Shown one piece after another: positions 7,376 through 13,620 of a stretch of 13,620 nt of DNA. This stretch comes from Pseudomonadota bacterium (GTDB taxonomy: Bacteria; UBA10199; 2-02-FULL-44-16; JBDRGF01), in contig JBDRGF010000070.1 of assembly GCA_043818055.1 (NCBI GenBank), positions 1 through 13,620 on the forward strand, in the 5' to 3' direction. How positions within the stretch are numbered: position 1 is the stretch's first letter; each line of letters starts with the position of its first letter. The notes below the pieces were generated by a model, which searched no databases, was not told the origin of the DNA, and saw only the letters and a list, made by a program, of their open reading frames with translations. Position numbers and translations under genes: made by a program.

Positions 7376-8017
7376 TTATTTGGTGTGTGTGCCGTTAGAT
7401 ATGACAAATATCTGCACATATTCAAAGAGCCCTGAACCTGCCCAAAAACTCTCACGCTGGTAGCGGCTTATCTGATTAAATGCTTCCTGAATTACCACCC
7501 CGCGACGTTTAAGCTCAATATGTACAAGTGGCAAACCGTTGACCAGCACCGTTACATCGTAGCGGTTGGCTCTTTGACCTTCCTCGGTGGCGTATTGGTT
7601 GATCACCTGTAAACTGTTTTCGTGGATTTTGTCTTTACGAAGCAGATAGACATTTTTGACTGTTCCGTCATCTCTTTTTAGATTTTTGATGTAGTCTTCC
7701 TGAATAGTAGCTGTTTTTTCGGCAATGCTCTGGTTGGGATTGGCGATCTCGCTGGCAAAAAATCTTTCCCATTCGGGATCGGAAAAAGTGAAATCGTTCA
7801 GACTTTCCAACTGTTTGCGAAGATTCAAAACAAGATCAGCTTCGGTAGTGATGTTTAGGTATTCATACGCCTGTGACTCTAACTGCTCGATGAAAGCGCG
7901 CTCCAGCTCTGTTTCGCTTTGATAGTGAGTAGCACGCTTTTTATCAGGTGTATATTCCGTAAAGACTGTGCTCTGCGGGTTTTGAGATACTAAATTATAT
8001 TTATTAACCTTGTTCAT
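7376..8017 (-). pseudogene. hsdR: Type I restriction subunit HsdR, N-terminal nuclease region only (3'-truncated, EcoR124I-like)
   Basis: YQSETELE, NRYDVTVLVNGLPLVHIELKRRG, AFNQISRY, QIFVISNGTHTK then TAA; no helicase/motor sequence follows. Confidence 0.85.
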
Positions 8018-8328
8018 AACTTACTTTTCTTTGTATCCCCTAAACTCTCCTGCATATAGTCGTAAACAGTCTTGATGATTTCTCGAACAACACCATTGGC
8101 ATTTGAGAAAATCAGATTATCAATAGCGCTATCCCCATATCGTCGAATTGCCTCTGCCACCAATGCGTGAACAAATGATTGTGTTACACCGGTTACGTTA
8201 ATAAAATCCACTTCAACTTCTTTGTTCTTTGCCATTTCTGGCAGAATAATCTCTTCGCGCCATTTTCTGGCAATATCTTTATTCTCGGCAAATTCACCCG
8301 CTTTCCGATATACAATAATTTTTTTCAC
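8014..8328 (-). CDS. STAS-like domain protein (DUF4325)
   Basis: VEVDFINVTGVTQSFVHALV..I pattern, 104 aa; GTG start overlaps the ATPase stop (GTGA) and its stop overlaps the hsdR start (ATGA). Confidence 0.8.
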   Translation of the reverse strand: MKKIIVYRKAGEFAENKDIARKWREEIILPEMAKNKEVEVDFINVTGVTQSFVHALVAEAIRRYGDSAIDNLIFSNANGVVREIIKTVYDYMQESLGDTKKSKL

Positions 8329-9293
8329 GCGAACCTTGGCTCTCTATATTTTACTTTTTTGCGTTCCCGCACAGCAAGTGTATAACTTTCACGAATATCG
8401 CCCATTAATTTTTCAAAATCCTCGGTATCACTATCAAGAGTAATGTCGATCGCAACTAATGTGCCGTGAAAATTAGGAGCATTATCTCGCTCTGAGTGTC
8501 TATCATCATTCGGATCAGGATGAAGCCTGGCATTTTTGATACGCTTGTCATGCAATAACAGTTTGTAAATGGCACTGCCGCTGTAGATCAGGAAATAATT
8601 ACGCGCTACTTGAGCAATCGATTTAATAAAATACAGTCCCGCACCGGCATTGTCTTCCGTGCCACCTTCACGGTGAGTTGTTCCGGAAATCCCCGGCATC
8701 AACGCCAGTTTAATGGCATCAATGTCATTTTTGGGATGCCAGAATTTGTTCATGCTTTGCCGAATACCAATTCCGTTATCACAAATGCCGATGCGCACTG
8801 TATTTGCTTTTTTATAATACTGCGCCGCGACGACCGCGCCGCTGCTTGAATATGAATGTTCCAGAACATTTCGCACCAACTCACCGATCGTATATTTTAT
8901 CGGATCAGTTTTTTCGGGCGGCAGATGTAAAAGAGGTATCATATCGGTGATAAATTGTGATTGGTCAGCAGAGTTCTTAATGATGGTCAGTGGAATAAAT
9001 TTACCGGTAGGCTCATTATGAGCGATTTGATATGGAGATTTATTTTTTGTAAAATTAAAAAGCCCCATGCGATCAAGGTAATGCGCTGACGAAGCGGTAA
9101 AATCGTCAAACTCGACATGTTCCCGTCCAACCGTAAGAGCGAGAGTCGCTGTAAAAGTGAGAACGGCTGGGTGAACATTGATCCATTTCGGATGAGAGGC
9201 AATACGCAACTTTTGGGGATCAGCAAAAGAGAGCTTGCCAATAAAACGGTCAAAGTTCCTTAAATAATCACTGGTTGACAGATATAGTTCCAT
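8325..9293 (-). CDS. GHKL / HATPase_c ATP-binding protein (anti-sigma-kinase-like)
   Basis: N-box GELVRNVLEHS, G1 ICDNGIGI, G2 NAGAGLYFI, G3 GTLVAI; no HisKA or TM segment seen; N-terminal HYLDRMGLF region is typical of this STAS-linked family. Confidence 0.85.
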   Translation of the reverse strand: MELYLSTSDYLRNFDRFIGKLSFADPQKLRIASHPKWINVHPAVLTFTATLALTVGREHVEFDDFTASSAHYLDRMGLFNFTKNKSPYQIAHNEPTGKFIPLTIIKNSADQSQFITDMIPLLHLPPEKTDPIKYTIGELVRNVLEHSYSSSGAVVAAQYYKKANTVRIGICDNGIGIRQSMNKFWHPKNDIDAIKLALMPGISGTTHREGGTEDNAGAGLYFIKSIAQVARNYFLIYSGSAIYKLLLHDKRIKNARLHPDPNDDRHSERDNAPNFHGTLVAIDITLDSDTEDFEKLMGDIRESYTLAVRERKKVKYREPRFA

Positions 9294-9302
9294 ACAAGCC
9301 CA

Positions 9303-9331
9303 AACATACCTGTAGAGCGTATATATGTCAA
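9303..9331 (-). promoter_or_regulatory. Sigma70-type promoter TTGACA-N17-TATGTT
   Basis: -35 TTGACA at 9331-9326, 17-nt spacer, -10 TATGTT at 9308-9303, only 9 nt before the ATG at 9293. Confidence 0.7.
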
Positions 9332-9394
9332 TATACGTTCTACAGGGTCAATTTTGCCTGTAGAGCGTATAAATTCCACTATACGCTCTACAGG
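9309..9394. repeat. Two tandem 15-8-15 palindromes (four copies of CCTGTAGAGCGTATA)
   Basis: Arms 9309-9323 / 9332-9346 (1 mismatch) and 9357-9371 / 9380-9394 (perfect); both spacers 8 nt; period 48 nt. Confidence 0.95.
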
Positions 9395-10344
9395 GATTTA
9401 AAGTTTAATAATTTATTCCGGTAGTATTCGTACTGTTTTCTTCGGGCATTGAGTTCAGCGGGCAGACCTATTGAGATATCGTTCGCGAGAGAGTCAAATT
9501 TATCGAGGATGGAGACAATGCGTTCTTGTTCGGTAAGAGATGGAAGAGGGATTTTTACAGAACCAATTTGACCAAAAGTTATAGCTGGCATCGTTGAGCT
9601 ACCACCACTTGAATTTAAAAAATTATAAATCTTTGGTTGTGAGAGATAACAATATAAAAACTTAGTATCTAATTCTTTTGTTTTTAATTTAATTTGAAAC
9701 ATATTATTCGCGATTGCTCCGCTGTATTTCAAAAATACTTTTCCTGCCGCACTCGCACCATATCTAATCATCACTAAATCACCATCGTTTTTAACGTACC
9801 TAACCCCAGGATCCTTTATATATCGTTGTGGTTCATCATCTTTTACAAAATCAACAATACGCAAAAATCTAACAAAGCCATCTTGTTTTTCTGGTAATTG
9901 ATTTGATGGATCAATTTGAATGCCTTGTGAAAAATCTACTATTTCTTTTAGTTCGATTAATCGAATATCATCCCCAAACGTCAGTAACTCCTCCCGATAA
10001 TACTCATACTGCTTCTTTCGCGCCTCCAGCTCCGCCTCCAGCGTGGTAAAGGTGTCCAGAATTTTTACTATCTCTTCTTGGATGGCAAGGGGCGGGATGG
10101 GGATTTTGAATTTTGTCATTAATGTATTTGAACTTAAATTAGGTTGAGCACCACCCCCAGCTGAGGCATAAATTTCTTCAACTTTGGAAAGAAGAAAGTG
10201 ATATAAATAGCGATTGTTGAGAAGTTCAATGTTGGGAATAAATTTCCCTACCCGTTGATTGAGATAAGCTGTGCTTTCATAGTCATAATAACCAATTTTC
10301 CCAGTGGTTGCGCCAGACATTGCTATTAAAATATCACCTTCATT
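9388..10344 (-). pseudogene. hsdS: Type I specificity subunit HsdS, 5'-truncated
   Basis: Frame reads NEGDILIAMSGATTGKIG (mid-TRD1); conserved IPIPPLAIQEEIVKILD..LEAELEARKKQYEYYR and LPSLTEQERIVSILDKFD..ARRKQYEYYRNKLL; no native start, upstream sequence is rhs-derived. Confidence 0.88.
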
Positions 10345-10736
10345 GGCACAGAGGGGTTTAGCTTTGTTGTAGTCACATTCCCAAAAGCATCGTAGCTGTA
10401 TGTGTAACCTGTTGTCCCGGCAGAATCCAGCAGGGCTGTGATATTTCCCAGATGATCTCTGTTGTAGCGATATGCGGTCGCTCCTTTCTTAGCATACATA
10501 AGCATGTCGATGCCTATTCCATTGAAAACCTGTAGCACTTCGTTGTCACTGCCATCTCGTATTTCGATAACCTGATCTCCCTGATGAACATATCTCCTCT
10601 GCGAGATCGTGCCGTTGTCGTCAACCTTCTTAATTGTTCTACGTCCCAATGGGCCATAGATGTAATCAACAGTAGCTTTGCCCTTCTTAACCTGAACGAG
10701 CTGATCCTTGCTATTCCATTTTAGAGTCGTTGTCAC
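10326..10736 (-). pseudogene. Orphan rhs core fragment lacking the DPxG motif and toxin tip
   Basis: WNSKDQLVQVKKG..VDYIYGPLGRR..EVLQVF..RDHLGNI..YDAFGN aligns with WNAKGQLTQAKKG..VDYVYDAIGRR..EVLQVF..TDRLGNV..YDVFGN of the main Rhs; last residues (MKVIF) are hsdS DNA read out of frame. Confidence 0.85.
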
Positions 10737-10769
10737 TCTGCAGATTTCTGATGTGGTTTTATATTTGCT

Positions 10770-11177
10770 CTATTTCTTTTTGTTTTTAATTCTTTTCATT
10801 TCATTATTAAGCTCATCGAGTATTTCATCAACAATTTTAACATTGATTTTGTACACCTTATTTCCTGAAAAGATTACTTTATCAGTTGTAATAATCAATT
10901 CCTTTTTGTTTTTTTTATCCTGAATTATAATTCTAAAACCTGTATAATCATTGTCCTTAGCTTTACTCCCTTTCTGCTTAGAAAGCATATCGAATAAGCA
11001 AGTTAGTTTTGAAGAAGCAAGATCAAATGCAAAAGAATGTTCAATAAGATACTCACGTGAAGGTGGAACAAAAAATTGCATTTCAAGTGGGGTATAAAAA
11101 ACTTTATATGTCTTAATTTCGCATGCCATTGAAATTGATGAATACAATAAGACAAGTAATAAAACAATTTTTTTCAT
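10770..11177 (-). CDS. Probable cognate immunity protein with N-terminal signal peptide
   Basis: 12 nt downstream of the rhs stop, AT-rich like the toxin tip, MKKIVLLLVLLYSSISMA|C signal; function inferred from position only. Confidence 0.65.
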   Translation of the reverse strand: MKKIVLLLVLLYSSISMACEIKTYKVFYTPLEMQFFVPPSREYLIEHSFAFDLASSKLTCLFDMLSKQKGSKAKDNDYTGFRIIIQDKKNKKELIITTDKVIFSGNKVYKINVKIVDEILDELNNEMKRIKNKKK

Positions 11178-11189
11178 AACATCGCCTTT

Positions 11190-13620
11190 CTAATATTGAT
11201 ATCTAGTTCTATTATATCCCTCAAGAGGTTGCATAATTGGATTTTCCCATGTATTAACATTATTTATTCGATTAGGACCATCATCAGCGGTTCCAGTTAG
11301 ATGCCCTAATTCGTGCGCTAAAATACGTGTAGTGCTCGCAGTTTTTGTTCCACAATCGGTATGCATTTGTATATTAGTAGAATTAGGATTGACATAAACA
11401 TGATTTCCAAGTTGACCATTTGTACGTCCCTGAGCATCAAATCCGCTATGGATTAAATACGTTTGGGGATCACTGTGAAGCTGGTTTAATAATCTTCTGC
11501 CCGTTGGCGTTCTCATGATCTGCTGGATATGTGGCTTCATCACAGTTTCAGAAGCTGTATCAGCATACCATAATATCAACCCCCACGGATCCACTCTATT
11601 CACCGGATTTCCGCCGACGTAATTGTAGAGATTAATTCCACCTGCAAGATTTATCGGATCTTCGGAGATGAAGCGGCCAATTGATGGATCGTAGTATCTT
11701 GCACGATAATAATAGATGCCAACCTCACTATCCCATTCTCTTCCATTGAACATAAACGGATTCTCAACCGTTGGCGAGCCAACCGTAGTAATCATCGGGT
11801 TGCCAAAAACATCGTAGTCGTACTTGTATCCCGGTGTGCCGCCATACGGCTCAAGAAGAGCCTTCACGTTGCCCAGGCGGTCGGTCCAGTAGCGATATTT
11901 GTCACTCCCTTTTACTACATACATGATCTGGTCGATATTCGGCCCATGAAAAACCTGTAACACTTCAGCGTCATTCTTATCACGTATCTCTGCGACATTC
12001 CATCCGATGTCGATATAACGACGTTTGGTTACAGTTCCATTGTTGTCGATTATTTTCAAGACACGTCTGCCGATTGCATCATAAACGTAATCAACAGTCG
12101 TTGTACCCTTTTTTGCCTGAGTCAGCTGTCCCTTTGCGTTCCATTGGTATGTGATCGTCGTACCGCCCGGTGTTTTCGATGTCATATTTCCGTTGGCATC
12201 ATAGGTATATGCCCCACTCCCGCCGATCAGCTTGTTGTTGCTATCATAGGTGTAGGTCTCAGCGGCCGGACCAGCTAAACGGTTGCCCAACTTGTCGTAG
12301 GTGTACGCCTCGGTCGGATTGGTGCCGGAAAGGAGTTGATATGTCGGATCGTACCCAAAGATGCTCGTTGTTGTATCGATCGTCTCAGTCAACACATTGC
12401 CTACTTTGTCATACGTATAATCGATATCCTTGCCAATCGTCGGATCGATCCGTGTGAGTCGACCGGCTGCGTCGTAATGATAGTTGTCATACCCGCCATA
12501 GTTGGTGAGGCTTTTGATTCTGCCGCTCTTGTCGTAAGTGATGCTCGTACTTGTCCTTGGCGCATCAGGTCTGCCGGCATCGTCGTATTTGACATAGCGC
12601 TTTGTGATCAGATCTCCCGAGATGCTGTAGCCGCTCCAGGTATAACCGAAGTCAACCCGTTTGGTCGGATAGCCGCTAATAGCCACCATCTCACTCGTCA
12701 CGCGATTGGCGTTATCATAGATATATGTCACCGAACCGCTGTTATCACTTACTTTGGTTAGATTGCCGTTGATATCGTAGCTATAGCTGACGGTGTCGTC
12801 GGGATATGCGACTTTGAAGAGACGTCCTAGGTTGTCGTATTGATAATTGATCGCACGTCCATCCTTCAGTGTGCGTTTAGTGATCTGTCGGTCATTGTTA
12901 TATGTAAAGGCTTCAATTCCTCCCATCGGATCTACCCTCTTTAAAAGATTTCCTACCGCATCGTATTCAAATTGCCAAGTGTTGTTATTCGGGTCGGTGA
13001 GGGTTGAGATCATGTTATCCTTTGAACAGCCACAGCTAGGCTTATGGTTATATGTGATCCTGTGTCCCTTCGCATCTGTCGATGAGGTGAGCCTGTTGTT
13101 GACGTCGTATGTTAGCGTCGTCACGTTGCCGTTGCCATCTGTGATACTCGTGACATTTCCGGCCGCGTCGTATGAGAGGCTTGTCATGTTGTTCAGGCCA
13201 TCTGTGATAGATGCAAGGAGTCCATCGCTATCGTAGCTATATGTCGTCACGCGCCCCTCGCCATCTCTCCTGGTGGTCAGCAATCCCTCAGGAGAATAGG
13301 TAAACGAAGTCACGGCATTATAAGCGTCCGTGATCGATAAGAGATTGCTCTTCGCGTCATATGCGAGGTCAAAACCGTCATCGTCAGGTGTCTGGTAGAA
13401 AATCAAATTGTTGTTAGCATCATATTGCATGAGAGTCGCACCGGTTGCGCTCGATCTCCCCTTTGGCACATATTTGGTCAGGTTGCCGAAGGAGTCGTAT
13501 TCATACTCCGCTACTGCTGTGTCGGGGTATGTGATCTTAACCGGCCTCGATGATTTATCCCGCTCTGTTATCGTGCTTTGGTTGCTTGCATCTGTATCTT
13601 TGACGATGTTGCCTTTGCGA
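11190..13620 (-). CDS. rhs: RHS/YD-repeat polymorphic toxin with C-terminal HExxH metallopeptidase (M91/NleD-like); 5' end outside window
   Basis: Many YD repeats; core FNGREWD..YYYRARYYDPSIGRFISEDP..NLYNYVGGNPVNRVDPWGL; tip with TPTGRRLL, LAHELGH (HELGH at 11301-11315) and WENPI; frame stays open from 13469 to the window edge (RKGNIVKDTD...YDSFGNLTKYV). Confidence 0.93.
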   Translation of the reverse strand, partial: RKGNIVKDTDASNQSTITERDKSSRPVKITYPDTAVAEYEYDSFGNLTKYVPKGRSSATGATLMQYDANNNLIFYQTPDDDGFDLAYDAKSNLLSITDAYNAVTSFTYSPEGLLTTRRDGEGRVTTYSYDSDGLLASITDGLNNMTSLSYDAAGNVTSITDGNGNVTTLTYDVNNRLTSSTDAKGHRITYNHKPSCGCSKDNMISTLTDPNNNTWQFEYDAVGNLLKRVDPMGGIEAFTYNNDRQITKRTLKDGRAINYQYDNLGRLFKVAYPDDTVSYSYDINGNLTKVSDNSGSVTYIYDNANRVTSEMVAISGYPTKRVDFGYTWSGYSISGDLITKRYVKYDDAGRPDAPRTSTSITYDKSGRIKSLTNYGGYDNYHYDAAGRLTRIDPTIGKDIDYTYDKVGNVLTETIDTTTSIFGYDPTYQLLSGTNPTEAYTYDKLGNRLAGPAAETYTYDSNNKLIGGSGAYTYDANGNMTSKTPGGTTITYQWNAKGQLTQAKKGTTTVDYVYDAIGRRVLKIIDNNGTVTKRRYIDIGWNVAEIRDKNDAEVLQVFHGPNIDQIMYVVKGSDKYRYWTDRLGNVKALLEPYGGTPGYKYDYDVFGNPMITTVGSPTVENPFMFNGREWDSEVGIYYYRARYYDPSIGRFISEDPINLAGGINLYNYVGGNPVNRVDPWGLILWYADTASETVMKPHIQQIMRTPTGRRLLNQLHSDPQTYLIHSGFDAQGRTNGQLGNHVYVNPNSTNIQMHTDCGTKTASTTRILAHELGHLTGTADDGPNRINNVNTWENPIMQPLEGYNRTRYQY

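Noticed and set aside
7252..7455. 67-aa ORF as a frameshifted continuation of hsdR
   Set aside because: Its C-terminal part is translated heptamer repeat with no HsdR similarity.
9309..9394. Mini CRISPR array
   Set aside because: Only two 38-bp units 10 nt apart; no spacer-length unique sequence and no cas operon.
470..13236. All plus-strand ORFs and remaining short overlapping ORFs in the track
   Set aside because: Shadows of minus-strand genes or repeat-derived, with no recognisable motifs.

Overview
Bacterial accessory/conflict region with every credible gene on the minus strand. In transcription order (right to left): the 3' part of a YD/Rhs protein ending in DPWGL plus a HExxH (M91/NleD-like) metallopeptidase tip; a signal-peptide-bearing probable immunity gene; an orphan rhs fragment fused out of frame into a 5'-truncated type I hsdS; an intact GHKL ATPase + STAS-like (DUF4325) pair behind a near-consensus sigma70 promoter covered by two 15-8-15 palindromes; a translationally coupled hsdR that stops just after its nuclease motifs; a heptamer tandem array and nested TGTCAT/CTGGAT REP-like palindromes; two unrelated genes with a duplicated leader at identical distance from their ATGs; a DUF2188 / mini GIY-YIG-like / OLD-type ATPase-TOPRIM cluster; an AbiE-type (DUF6088 + AbiEii) toxin-antitoxin pair with an upstream inverted repeat; and a Cys4 PD-(D/E)XK (Cas4/AddB-like) nuclease. 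The best candidates for something undescribed are the operator-gated GHKL-STAS-HsdR-nuclease-only operon, the DUF2188/GIY-YIG-like/OLD cluster and the duplicated REP-linked leader. Family calls come from motif recognition by eye, not from database searches.
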